A stretch of DNA of 64,000 bases. Source: Catajapyx aquilonaris. Lineage: Eukaryota. The position numbers and the translations under genes are program-made. The DNA lies in contig KZ538049.1 of NCBI GenBank assembly GCA_000934665.2, forward strand, positions 1-64,000, in the 5' to 3' direction. Shown piece by piece: positions 37,401 to 49,710 of this stretch (positions are counted from its first letter, which is position 1; each line of letters starts with the position of its first letter). Below the pieces are notes generated by a model, which was not told where the DNA came from, did no database searches, and saw only the letters and a list, made by a program, of their open reading frames with translations.

Positions 37401-40400
37401 AGCGGCATGCCGGTTGCCAATCCTAAAATGTTACAGTGAAAAATGTGCGAGTACAGGCCTACAGGGCTGTGAGACTATGCAAATTCATCTGTTGCACAGG
37501 GCATACAGTGTGACCAATCCCATATTCAGCTTGCTCTGAGAGGGGAACTCCCCTAAGCATTACAAAGGATCAAGGCAATAAATTTATTCAGTCCTTCCTT
37601 TTGCTCAATAGTTCGCTGGTCACAGATCTCGTTGACAATCAGAGGATCTCTTTATGTAGTGGTATCAATTTGTCTGAGAAGCCTCATTACTCGGTGAATA
37701 AAATCCAATCCTAATGTATGAAATATCCTAGTATAGTTATGCTTCCCTTCTTGCAGCCTTGCACTCTTAATGGGGCTGGCCAGTGCACTAACCTCATGGT
37801 GGCGCAAGTGGGCATTTGGGTGCAGCATTCTATCGATCATGAACTATTACATGTCAAAGGATCGTGCTACGAAGTTTTTGTTGATTTTTTAATGTGCTCA
37901 GGTGTAAGTGTGAGTGAAAGTTTATAGTGGCAATAGTGATGGGACAGTTTGTACCCAAGTATGTGGAAGCGCGATGGGGGCTCAGAGTCCTGCATCAGCC
38001 AGCAAAAAAACAGGGGCCGAATTCAGAGAGGTTGCTTAACTTAAACGCGCCCGATTAAATCCTTTAGTCATCCTCGATTAGCAAATTTAAAAGTGCTAGC
38101 AAGTGCGATTAGGGGGCGTTTAGCGCTAATCGCCGTCTTTGTATTAGCAGGTTGATTAAATTTGCTAATAGAGGATGACTAAAGGATTTAATCGGGCGCG
38201 TTTACGTTAAGCAACCTCTCTGAATTCGGCCCCAGGAAGACACCGATCGAGCGCCAATTTTGAACAATGCAATGGTCCAATACTGTGAGGTGGCAGGAAC
38301 CAGGATGCACCAATATGACTACCGGGCATTCCTTTCCGAAAGCTATGTTCTTATAATGCTGTTATAAGGCAACAGAAAAGGGCATTCGTGACGTACTGCC
38401 AAGATGCCACACGCAAATCTTTGGTGGCTTCGCAATCTCACAATTTGAATAACCATCATGCTCCTCTATGCCACTTTATGTGCAAATTTTTTGCATATAG
38501 CAATGGATGCAGAACTCTGTGTTGGTGGTACAAAAGGTTGAAAAACGAGGAGAATATGATACGCTTGAGAACCTGTGAGTTCCTACTTTGAGTGACAATC
38601 AGCAGTACTGTGTGAATATTATTATTATTATTATTATTTTATTTTTATTTTATTTGTGTACCCAGTTAGGCAAATGCCCATACATGGGGGGGCTCCCCCA
38701 GATCTTCATTTTACAAAAAATATTCGCTACAGCTTGACCTTGGGTCCCTTTATGTACAGCTTAAAAATGCAAAGTACATGGTAGCTGCAAAGGGGGTGGT
38801 GAAGAGGGGGGGAGACATAAGTTTGTATTGCTTATTTGTACTATTATACATTTATATCAAGATGTCACAAAACCGCAGTTTAGAGATTACCGATTTAAAG
38901 AAAGCCCCTATTATCCGTTGGTTGCAAGGGTGCAAGTTAAGCAATAGTGTGTGTACTTTATCTGGAGGTAGTTTTGGAATGTCTTTTAACAGCCTGCGTT
39001 GTGCGTTGAAAAATGTGCAGCTGTAAAACAGATGATACAGGTTGAAATCTTCCTCGCTATTACATAGTGAACAAGGATCGTCTTTAGACCAGTGCAACTT
39101 GTACCCTGTGTGAATATGTTTCCTTAATAACTCACGAAGTGTAAAGTGCAAATCTTTTCCTTGGTGACACAAAAGGTCACAAAAAGGGTGCAAAATCTTT
39201 GCAAAGGTTTTGTTACTCTAGCACAACCTTGCACCCCATTGAGTTATAATAAGAGATCAGCTTTCGTGACTGATTATTTTGTGTGATTTCTACCAAAATT
39301 AATGTGGCCCAGGCAGGAAAAATTTTTATGACTGATTTGGCATGACATATGCTCTCCGACACTAACATGCATGTTCATAAATAAGTAAGAAAGCAGTTCT
39401 TATTCCAAAACTTTCGTAAGGGTGGGGACGGGGCGGGAAACGATGGCAATAGCCATTCAATGATACCATCTAACTGAAAAGTGAAAGCTAAATTGCTTAG
39501 CCGAGCACAATAGCAGCAGCTTAGCATCTTCCATAGAATGTAAGGCGATTGTGGTTTCCGATAACTGTTGCGAAAATAACAGCACGGCGTTGCCTGTAAT
39601 CCGTGATTCCGTAATAAATTTCATCTGGAAGGTAATTGTTGGCATAGCATTATGTAATAGCTGTTATTGGTCGCAGTATTGGTCGTGGTTACTAATAGCT
39701 CTACGAGACCTCCCTCACTAGCAAGTAACACCCAATAGCCCACTAGCGCCAACTGGCGGAATAGTTTGCGGCTGGCCAGCCCCATTGAAAATGTTGCCGT
39801 GAGAGAACTTAACAATCGATCTTATGCGATGTGTCAGGCAATAGAAGTGTCCTGGGCTGTATCCGCACCATAGAAAATGATGTCATGCATTCATTTGAGT
39901 AGTAATAATTTTCACAGTGATCGTGATAATGCTGTGCTTAAGAAAACCTCACCTTTTACCGGCATACCTCGCTTGGACCGGCATGCCGGTATAGCCACCA
40001 GATAGTGCATTTCTAAAAACTGGTCGACCTCGGCTACACCGGCATGCCTCTTTAAGTGAGATAATACGGTACTTGGATATATTCAGCCCCAGAATGTGGT
40101 ATGCTATATGTGAACAATCGCGCATTTTTATTGGAAGCAATTTGATCTCAGCCTCATTGCAATCAACATGATGTCCACCCACATTGCCCAGCCTGTTTTT
40201 GTGCCTCTCACTTAACCATTCATGCCCCCCATTCCCACACAGTTGCTAACTGGCCCTTGGCCCCTGAGGGTTTGACCGGTTTTGGTGCAGGGCCTGTGTT
40301 TCATGTGGACAGAGCTAGCTCTGGCCAATCAAGGCCAAATTGTGCCCGTCTCACCTGCCCCACAGCTGTTATATGTGATCTTTAATTGCTGTTTTAGGTC

Positions 40401-42813
40401 ACTAATGCCGTCCTAAAACTTATTGAGAGGGAGCGAAACGGGGAGACCATCAACACACGATTAGTTAGCGGTGTGATCAACTGCTACGTGGAGCTTGGTG
40501 AGTAGGATTTGCATTTTGGTCCTCAACCCACCTGCAACAGTTGAGTAACACACTTCAATCTTACCCTAGGACTCAATGAAGATGATCCAAGTGCAAGGGG
40601 ACAGTATCTTACCATTTACAAAGACCACTTTGAGAGTCTCTTTCTGGAAGACACTGAGCGCTATTACTCCCTGGAAAGTAATGACTTTCTCCAGCAGAAT
40701 CCTGTCACTGAGTACATGAAAAAGGTACGTTGGACCAATTCTCCTGGAATAGAGCAGTAATGAGCAGAGGGACTTTCAGGCAGAACAACGCTTGGTGGAG
40801 GAACAGAGGCGGGTGCGCATGTATCTTCACGATACAACCTTGGAAAGACTTTCCAAGACATGTGAGAAGGTCTTAATAGAAAAACACCTGGAGATATTCC
40901 ATTCTGAGTTCCAGAACCTTCTTAATGATGATAAGAATGATGATCTCGGCCGCATGTATCAGTTAGTGGCTCGGATTCCAGATGGACTTGGAGAACTCAG
41001 GGCCCTGCTTGAAGCACACATTTATAGCCAGGGACTCACAGCAATAGAAAAGTTTGGGGACTCAGTTCAGAATGTGAGCAATGGTGGTGGTTGTTACTTG
41101 CAGAGTATTTTTCACGTATTTTCTTCTAGGATCCAAAAGTGTATGTCAACACTATTCTGCAAGTGCAAAAGAAGTACAATGCTTTGGTGCTGACAGCTTT
41201 CAACAATGATTCGGGATTTGTAGCCTCCTTGGATAAAGCATGTGGGAAGTTTATTAACAACAATGCTGTGACCAGGATGGCTAACAACTCTTCCAAGTCA
41301 CCAGAGCTGCTAGCCAAGTATTGTGATGTCCTTCTCAAAAAAAGCAGCAAAAATCCTGAAGAAGCAGAGCTAGAAGATACTCTAAACCAAGTGGTACGTC
41401 ATAATGCGTATGAGTTTTAAACAAAAATATTTTGATGTACAACTTCATATTGCGTTTTGCTGCAGATGGTGGTTTTTAAGTACATCGAGGACAAGGATGT
41501 CTTCCAGAAGTTTTATAGTAAGATGCTGGCAAAACGCCTCGTCCAACATATGTCTGCCAGTGATGATGCAGAAGCCTCGATGATATCTAAACTCAAGCAA
41601 GCATGTGGGTTTGAATATACCTCCAAACTACAGCGCATGTTTCAGGACATTGGTGTATCCAAGGACCTAAATGAGCAGTTTCGGAAGCACCTGGACAACT
41701 CGCCTCTTGATATTGACTTTGGCATTCAGGTCTTATCATCTGGATCATGGCCTTTCCAGCAGTCTTGTGGATTTTCCCTGCCCAGTGAGGTGAGCATAGC
41801 AGTGCTATACAACACTGACAAGAAAATGACAATTTTTTCATTCTAGCTTGAGCGGAGCATTCACAGGTTTACTGCCTTCTACAGTGGCCAACACAGCGGC
41901 AGGAAACTTAATTGGCTGTATCAAATGTCCAAGGGTGAACTGGTAACAAACTGCTTCAAAAACAGGCAAGTAACAAGGCATACAAAATATCCATGAACAA
42001 TAAAACTGAAGAACATTTTCTTGCAGGTATACTTTGCAGGCTTCCACCTTCCAAATGGCTGTGTTGTTACAGTTCAACAGTGGACTGGTATGGACCTTGC
42101 AGCAGATAAATGAATATACTCAGATCAAAATGGATTTATTGATCCAAGTGGTACAAATATTGTTGAAGTCAAAGCTTCTGGTGACAGATGATGATGAAAA
42201 TGATCTGTCACCGTCATCCAGTCTGGAGCTGTTCACTGGATACAAGAAGTGAGTTATGCAGTTGCTGCACTGGTCTTAACCCTTCAATCATCTCCACGAG
42301 GGATGTTGGCCTGATTATAATCATACCTCACATAATATTTTTGCCATATTATTCCTAATTCTATGAACATGCTGTACTAGTACAGTATAGGTCTTTGAAG
42401 TAGTGTCCTCCCTCTTATGAAGATATTCATCCATGATTTTCATGAAATTGCAGCAAAAAATTGCGTGTCAACATCAACATCCCTATGAAGGCTGAACTGA
42501 AGATAGAGCAGGAGACTACACATAAGCACATAGAGGAGGATAGGAAGCTTCTGATACAGGCAGCAGTAGTTCGAATCATGAAAATGCGCAAGGTACTGAA
42601 GCATCAGCAACTGGTAGCTGAAGTTTTCAACCAGTTGTCCTCCCGTTTCAAGCCTCGTGTCCCTGTCATTAAGGTAAGGTTTGTGTGTCAGCCTTCCATC
42701 ATATGAGGCTCATAATGTCTTTTGTCCATCAGAAATGCATCGACATACTTATTGAGAAGGAATACCTTGAACGAGCAGAGGGTCAGAAGGACACTTACAG
42801 CTACCTGGCGTGA
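34424..42813 (+). CDS. CUL1: Cullin-1; exons 34424-34563, 34636-34798, 34867-34976, 35036-35144, 40398-40497, 40570-40724, 40780-41073, 41130-41393, 41466-41789, 41847-41965, 42027-42248, 42454-42673, 42733-42813
   Basis: [49 protein letters not shown], neddylation motif [12 protein letters not shown]-terminal [20 protein letters not shown] near 43074. Confidence 0.97.
34564..34635 (+). other. U12-type (minor spliceosome) GT-AG intron, 72 nt
   Basis: Donor GTATCCTTT; branch point TTCCTTGAC at 34617-34625, about 10 nt before the AG; no polypyrimidine tract. Confidence 0.9.
35205..35449. mobile_element. TTAA-flanked MITE
   Basis: TIR TGCGTAC(A/G)GCGCC with TTAA on both sides. Confidence 0.65.
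35556..36849. mobile_element. Rearranged CAGGGTG-terminus (DD41D-type) element with an internal inverted duplication of transposase sequence
   Basis: CAGGGTG/CACCCTG ends; arms 36034-36254 and 36368-36589 encode [26 protein letters not shown]. Confidence 0.7.
38013..38233. mobile_element. Near-perfect palindromic MITE (PIF/Harbinger-like termini)
   Basis: GGGGCCGAATTCAGAGAGGTTGCTTAAC...GTTAAGCAACCTCTCTGAATTCGGCCCC, arms ~80 bp. Confidence 0.85.
38618..39200 (-). mobile_element. 5'-truncated LINE 3' end (CCHC knuckle, 3' UTR, (TAA)n tail)
   Basis: [35 protein letters not shown], homologous to the end of ORF 48442-49635. Confidence 0.8.
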
Positions 42814-43155
42814 TTACAGGTGCCACAGTAACTTAGCTGAGCCATGCTCAAAAGTTCTGTATCTTTCCGGTTAAAATGTCTGCTAAATATATTTTTTCTC
42901 TTGCCAAGCAATCACTTAGCAGCATGTGTCTTTAAGTGAGATAAGGTTTGCATGTAGTTATGGACCCACCCCACTATCCCATATGCAAATTGCAACGGAT
43001 AAAAATTTACTGAAGTGTCAGATTTGTGTCTTTTGCATCATTCAAGTCCATACAGTACCACCTGATTTCTAAAAATAAAACCATGCAAGTATGTTATTAC
43101 TGACATTGGTCTGATATTTTTTGGGAGACTTCCTTTGTCAATGCAAAATTATTAT

Positions 43156-43566
43156 AGGTACGTTCACACAGGCGCGAAATTCCTAGGAAAGTGCTGGAAA
43201 GGCGATTCCACTAAAAGTAGATTCCAAGTAATTTCCAACTTCCCAGTGACAGTAGTCTACACGAGCCAGGTAAAACAGATGAAACGCGGCACCCGTGCAA
43301 CCCAACAACGAGAAGGGGGAAAAGAGCAGGGGGCTAGGTGGAGGGGAGGGAAAGGCGGCGTGCGCCCCTGAAGCTCATGCGCTCAGAAGTCACGTGACCC
43401 CACTTTCCATGTTGGAGTGCGATTCCTACTTTCTCCAACTGGAAATCTTTTCCAACTTGGGGCAGACTTTCTGAGTTTGTACTTTCCTGTTTGGACGGGT
43501 GACAAAACCTGGAATTCAACTTTCCAGGCACTTTCCTAGGAATTTCGCGCTCGTGTGAACGTACCT
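43156..43566. mobile_element. Harbinger-like MITE just downstream of the CUL1 poly(A) signal
   Basis: TIR AGGTACGTTCACAC..GCGCGAAATTCCTAGGAAAGTG. Confidence 0.8.
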
Positions 43567-43689
43567 TATGTGTCACATTGGGCTAATAGTAACTATCTGA
43601 GAATTGTCTGCATTTCATTTTCTTCTGAGAATGAGAGGCTGCAAATAAACAGGCATAAGCTGAATTTGGTAACTCCACATATGACCTTG

Positions 43690-44453
43690 ATAGTCCGGGC
43701 CCTAAGCGCAAAAATCAGGCCTAACCTTGCACTTTGTGATAAGAAGGTGCCACTTGGCACATATGTTCCCTAGGCCTATAGGAGCAATTCCAGAGTTGCA
43801 GGCAACTGATCGGCCCCTTAGGTCACGAGTTATGTGGTGTTGCCAACCTGATCAGGGAACTAAGCGTTTTAACTCGGCACTTTGTGATAAGAAGGTGCCA
43901 CTTGGCAGACATGTTCCCTAGGTCTATAGGATCCATTTGAGAGATGGCGGCACGTGATCGGCTCCTTAGGTGAGGAGTTATACGGTGTTACCAACATGGT
44001 CCGGGACCTAAGCATAATCGCATAACTCGTGACCTAAGGGGCCGATCAAGTGCCGCCAACTCTCAAATGGATCCTCTAGGCCTGAGAAACATGCTTGCCA
44101 AAATCCCAAAATGCAAAGTTAAAAATTGTTATAAACGCGTAGGTCCAGGACCAGATTGGCAACACCGCATAACTCCTGACCTAAGGAGCCGATCAAGTGC
44201 CGCCATGTCTCAAACGACTCCTACAGACCTAGGGAACATATGTGCCAAGCGGTACCTTCTTATCACAAAATGCAACGTTAAAAACGCTCAGGTCATCCCA
44301 GGCCATGTTGGCAACACCGCATAACTCGTGACCTAAGGGGCCGATCAGTTGCCTGCAACTCTGGAATTGCTCCTATAGGCCTAAGGAACACATGTGCCAA
44401 GTAGCACCTTTTTCTCACGAAGTGCAAGGTTAAAGCGCTTAGGGCCCGGACTA
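43690..44453. repeat. Palindromic array of ~150-bp units (2 forward, 3 reverse)
   Basis: GCACTTTGTGATAAGAAGGTGCCACTTGGCA at ~43729 and ~43878; reverse copies to 44453; termini TAGTCCGGGCCCTAAGCG inverted. Confidence 0.8.
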
Positions 44454-44466
44454 TGAGTACAGTACT

Positions 44467-44746
44467 AAAAGTGGGGCTTAACGTCTGCCTATTTCTGCTG
44501 CTAAGGCTAAACACCGACGCCAGGGGTGGTCCTCCTCCTGGAAATTTGGCCACACTGGGGATCTTTAACGTGCACTCGCGCAATGTCACAATCACACGGG
44601 ACTGATGGCTTTACTTACCCTCGGAAGGAAGGTGCACTCTCACTTTTCTACCACCCGGAGAAAAGTCACCGACCTCGGCCGGGTTCGAACCCACAACTTT
44701 GGGTCTAGAGGCGAGCGCGCTAACCACCAGACCACCAGCGCACCGG
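44467..44746 (-). mobile_element. tRNA-derived SINE (family D)
   Basis: Minus-strand TGGTCTGGTGG A box and GGTTCGAACCC B box; CAGTACT on both flanks. Confidence 0.7.
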
Positions 44747-45219
44747 CTTCAGTACTGGAAAAAAAACAACAGTACTGGAAAAACCTGCCCCGTACCCCCA
44801 CAAGCAATGCCACAACATGCAGTCATGGGTGGAAACATGCATGAATCCACCTGCTCACACAGAAAAGGTTGCTAGGTTGGGTGATGCACACTTCCACCCT
44901 TGCCTGCATTGGCACTGCTTACTAGGGAACGAGGCAGTTTTTTCCAGCATTCAGAGCCCCCACTAGTCCGCTCATAATTTTCAGTCTTGTTTGAAGGCAG
45001 TTCAGAAAAAATATTCAATAGGTTGGAAGATGCCAAAGCAACTCAGGCTATCCAATTAGGAGAGGGTATGGTATGCAGTAGGCAAAGTTACTGCTCACAT
45101 TGCTCTTGGAAATACAGTTCATGCATGTTTGTTTGTTTTCTCCCAGCGTCACATCCCATGACATGTTTATATTAGAATTTGGTATTTTTTACCTGGCTTT
45201 CATTTTATGTTGTTTTTTA

Positions 45220-45500
45220 TTTAAAAAATTAAAAATACCCAGTGATAGGGTGGAGCCGTTTTAGGGGGAAGGGGAGGTTCCTGAGGGAGGCCGCTGTAAT
45301 TATAGTCATTTCTGACTCTCTGAATACACCAGACCTTTTCTCCTGGCCCTGGGCAGAGTAGAAAGTGCAATACGGCCCTGCATGTCGGGTGAAAAGCGGA
45401 AAAAGACCCTGCCAACCAGAGGTGACAGGGACGGGATTTGAACCCTGGCCTCTTGCTTGGCTGGCCAGTGGCGTAACCACCAGACCACCATGCCTCCCCT
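45220..45500 (-). mobile_element. tRNA-derived SINE (GGGGAGG head, CCCCCTAAAA..GGGTA tail)
   Basis: GGTTCAAATCC B box; tail matches ~53790-53826. Confidence 0.75.
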
Positions 45501-45605
45501 GCCTTCATTTTATGTTAACTAATGATTGTAGCCACCCACATTTGGCGTTACGTTTTTGGATCACAGATGCAATGTGATGGACTTGGACACCATTGATGAC
45601 TGTTA

Positions 45606-45823
45606 CTGGAGCCTCATGTAAAAACCATGTAACTCAAGATACTGGGTTTTTACTTGTAGGCCACAATTGGACGGGTCTTTTCAAGCTCTATCCACTGGTA
45701 CAAACCACGTCTCTCTAACTTGTTTTCCTGCAAAGTTATAACTAATGGCAGATCACGAACTTTGAGGTGCAATATCTCAAAATGGCCAAATCAGAGATAC
45801 ATGGTTTTTACATGAGGCTCCAG
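45606..45823. mobile_element. Tc1/mariner-type MITE
   Basis: TIR CTGGAGCCTCATGTAAAAACCATGTA. Confidence 0.8.
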
Positions 45824-46318
45824 TGTTTAGTTCTATTGTATTGCATGTATCAATTGCAGCCAGCGACGATAGAGATTCTGTTTTATGCATATTTTTGTGG
45901 GTTAAAAATTATGCGTTGCCAAAGGTGCATGATGGTCTAGATCTAGTTATGCCAGGGGCTGCTTGTACCTTATGCACCAAAAATCATAAGTTGAGCCACA
46001 AATTCTTTTGCAGGTTGCCTCATGTTTGTTAATGATTCTTGGACTAGTAAATGGAGCTTGAATGATGTATGTACACAATAGGCACAAAAAGATGGAGGTT
46101 GAATTATACAGGTTTCTTACTAGTCACGGATCTCTCCAACACATGATTGTTGACCCAAAACAAGTAAAAAATATAGGGGTGTGAAATTTCGAGGGATGAA
46201 ACGGGAATGATGTAGGTGACCCTAGACAGTGTCAAAAACCCGCATTGCAGGCAGAACAACCCACGTGGTTGCTTAGGAAGCAGGATATGAGTGTGCTGAT
46301 GGTTATGGTACAAGAGAT

Positions 46319-46549
46319 GACTTTATAATCGATATTAGGGAGGTTGGCCCGGCATTGCCTCTTCAACCTCCAAGGGTAGGGAAGGAAGCGGCTGTGGCCT
46401 ATTATACGGAAGCGACCCCGGAATTATCCTAGAAAGACCGTGGGAAAACCACAGAAAACCACGGTCAGGATCGTCGGCCCTGGGATTCGAACCCAGGACC
46501 TCCCGATTAGCAGTCGGACGCCTTATCCACCATGCCAACCTGCTTCGGT
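46319..46549 (-). mobile_element. tRNA-derived SINE, family A copy 3, with an alternative 3' tail (inside an old MITE at ~46108-46967)
   Basis: Head and body match 2356-2530; GGTACAAGAGAT on both flanks. Confidence 0.85.
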
Positions 46550-47759
46550 ACAAGAGATTATCGTCGATGCAATCAGTGAATGGTAGTGACACCACAATAG
46601 GCAACGATGAAATGCAATAGAATCACCCATAGAACAAGGGCCCATGTCCACCTTGTTTCAACCTGGACAGGGCCCTTGCTCTGTTGGGCGATTTATTTAA
46701 AGCACGTAGCATCTCTACCATTCTGTTGTTTCCTTGTGCACAGTAACCTTTATCATACTCATATCCACCTCCCTATGCAATCGCTACAACTGTCTGGGAT
46801 GTTTTGGCTGCAATGTGAGTTGTTGCCTGTGTCTCAAGGAATGGGCCTGGTTGTCTACCACATTACTAGTTCATCCCTCGACATTTCTCTTCCCTACATT
46901 TTTTAAAACTTGTATTAATGTATGATTATGCTAGTTGTTGGATCTTCTATTAGTAAGAAACGCCCAGTATAAAGTAGGATGAGAGTTTGCTGGCATAAAA
47001 GCCGATTCAGTTCCCACCACTAAAATGGAGTGTCAGTGGTGAAGTAAAACTACAATCATGAAACCCAAGCATTATTATCTTTTTTGATGGACTAGGAGAG
47101 AACTGACTAACATTTATATTGTTTATTTGGATCAAATGTTAACAAGCAGCAGCGCACTGGAGTTTAAAATGTGCACAAAAATTGAACGAGATATGTGACA
47201 CCTAAAATTGTCACATCAGTGATGTAAAGTTCCCACCAGTGATGTAAAGGGTCATTTGTGAATAGTAAAACTTCATGAAAGCCCTCCATTGTTGTTACCT
47301 TCCCCCCACCCTCATCCTCCTAAGAAGTGATAGTGGAGAAGTGGAGTAGATGATTGTGTTGAGGGAATTGCCACTCGCTTGTAAGGTGTGGCCTGGAGCA
47401 CCTGCTTGGAGCGCCTCAACAGACCTCCAGAACACCGCTGTTCTCTCTCTCACACGAATTTGTGTGTAATACACACAACCATGCTCTCCTTGTGGCAGCG
47501 TTTCAGGAGCACTGGTGTGTTCTTGGGTTTGTTGAACTCGCTCTCTCACAGGTTGGCTATCATGCAAGAGGACACCACAGCACAGGCATGAAACTATAGT
47601 GTTCCATTATTTCTGAAAAGGTTCACGAAATTTGACGTTGGATTGATTTGGTTCAGAGTGAACAACACCAGGGAAGTCCTAGGTTTAACTGGGACATGTA
47701 AACAGAGTAAGTGTTATGGTATTTCCGCATAATGAAGTTCAACTTTTCATTTGGCCTGG

Positions 47760-49673
47760 GGGTTATGCTGGTCGAGCCTCAGCGAGGGTGCGAAAGCTAC
47801 GCAGGGGAATGACGTCAGGGGGGAGGAGCGTAGGCCCTTAACTGGCTGGGGTCGCACTCACGAAAGAGGCCCTATTCTCATTCCCACGTCCATCGCTGGG
47901 GATCTCACATGTGTTTGGGAAGTGGGGTCGGAGCGAGGCTAGCATTTCCGGGCCTGTCAGGGCTCGCAGCTGACCCCACGGGACTTGTTGTGCCATTATC
48001 ACCTTTGTTGGGCCATCTAGGTGGGATGTGTGAGCAGGCAGGCAGGCAGCGTGAGCAACGGCTACCAAAAATTTCACAGCTGGGTAAATAGTGAAAAAAC
48101 CTGCAATTTCATGTCCCAGCTAATTTCTGGACTTAATATAACGTCTGAAAACCAGATAACATGCAAAGAAATAAGATTGCAACTTGTAGAATACGGGGCA
48201 CATAACAAATATGTAATGAGAAAATTCTTTCATATTTTTCTTTAGGTCACAGAGTGTGACATGTCATGTCCGTGGCTTGTCCCAACCTTCACTTTTGTAG
48301 TTTTGTCAATTTTTATGCAAGGCATAAGATGTTATTTCACTTTTTATGTTAGAGTAATGGAGAAGGAATACTGAAGGTAAAGGCTAGTGCATTCTTTGTC
48401 CCGAAGTCCCAAATTGCATCGATTTTATTGCAAGAGTAATTTTGTCCCAAGGTTTTTTGTCACGTCCGTGGACAGTCCTGGCGAATAACCTGTTGGATTT
48501 GCGCAAATGCTTAAGAGCACTGGAGCTCTATTTTAATGCGAATGAACTTATATTAAATGTAACTAAAACAAAGGTGGTCATATTTCGAAAAGGAGGAAAA
48601 ACTTCTGGTAAGGACAGTTTCCTTTGGAAAAACACTAAGATTGATTTAGTTCCAGAATACAATTACTTAGGTGTTCCATTTGCAGCTTCAGCGCAAACAG
48701 CATGGGTGTCCCGACATTTTGTATCAAAGGGTTTTGCGTCGATAAATGCTCTTTGGCCTACTGTGATTAGCTTAAAAATAAGAGATATAAGAACGGCCTT
48801 CAAACTTTTCGATGCTAAAATTATTCCTGTCTCTCTCTATGGTGCATGCTTTTGGGCTCTGGACCGACTGGATGAAGTAGAGAGGATTCAAGCTTACTTT
48901 ATTAAAAAATTCCTGGTGCTCCCTAGAAATATGGCAGGGTACTTTGTCCGGTTGGAGACAGGAAGGTTGCATCTTTCAGTGAACATATTTAAACAATTGT
49001 TAAATTTTTTGCTAAATACAATAGCTTTACCTGATGATAGATGGAGTAAGGTGGCACTGAGCTGGCTGCTCAATTCGAAGGACGAGCTGAAATGGGCGAG
49101 AGCGACCAAGGAATTGTTTTGGAGGTCAGGCTTTGCTTGGAAAGAGTGGTTGCTGAATGGTGATTTTACAAATGGGCAAGCTTTATCTAAAAATCAATTA
49201 ATCGCCTCGTTGGAACTAGACAGGTCGCTCATGCAAGTTTCAACCCAGTATAAGTACTGTACCGATCTTGTGCCAGATATTGGACTTTCCCAACATTTTC
49301 TGTATTCTCTCCCTCTTGCATACGTCTGTTTGGTGTGTAATCTTAGAAATGCCTCATATTCACTTTATGTTAAAGACTATAAATTTAGCTCCCTTCCGGA
49401 TAATCCGTGCACACACTGCAATAGTAATGTTAACTCGTCTCTTTTTCATTTAATTTACGACTGTCCCTTTTTTTGGTCAATTAGAAGGGATAAACTAGTA
49501 GGAATTCCAAAACTCCTGCCGGACAAGGTACATTTATTATTTGCTTCCATGCCTGTTCATGCTGTTCACCAAATATATACTTTTTTTTCTTTAGCCGTCT
49601 TAGCAAACTTGAAGTTTTGTGATATTGTACTATAAACTCCAGTGATTTTTGTTGAATGTAAATGCAATGGGAG

Positions 49674-49710
<37 letters not shown>

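Larger units (their letters stand above)
37384..40069. mobile_element. TA-flanked element with CCGTATTA termini (pogo/Tc2-like), containing a MITE and a LINE fragment
   Basis: TACCGTATTACCTCACTAAAGCGGCATGCCGG versus CCGGCATGCCTCTTTAAGTGAGATAATACGGTA. Confidence 0.6.

Noticed and set aside
43690..44453. CRISPR-like array
   Set aside because: Whole units repeat with no unique spacers, orientation flips, no cas genes, eukaryotic context
47750..47995. GC-rich structured stretch resembling an ncRNA (RNase P/MRP, 7SK or ribozyme)
   Set aside because: No diagnostic motifs found; its first 39 bp are the TIR matching 50274-50312
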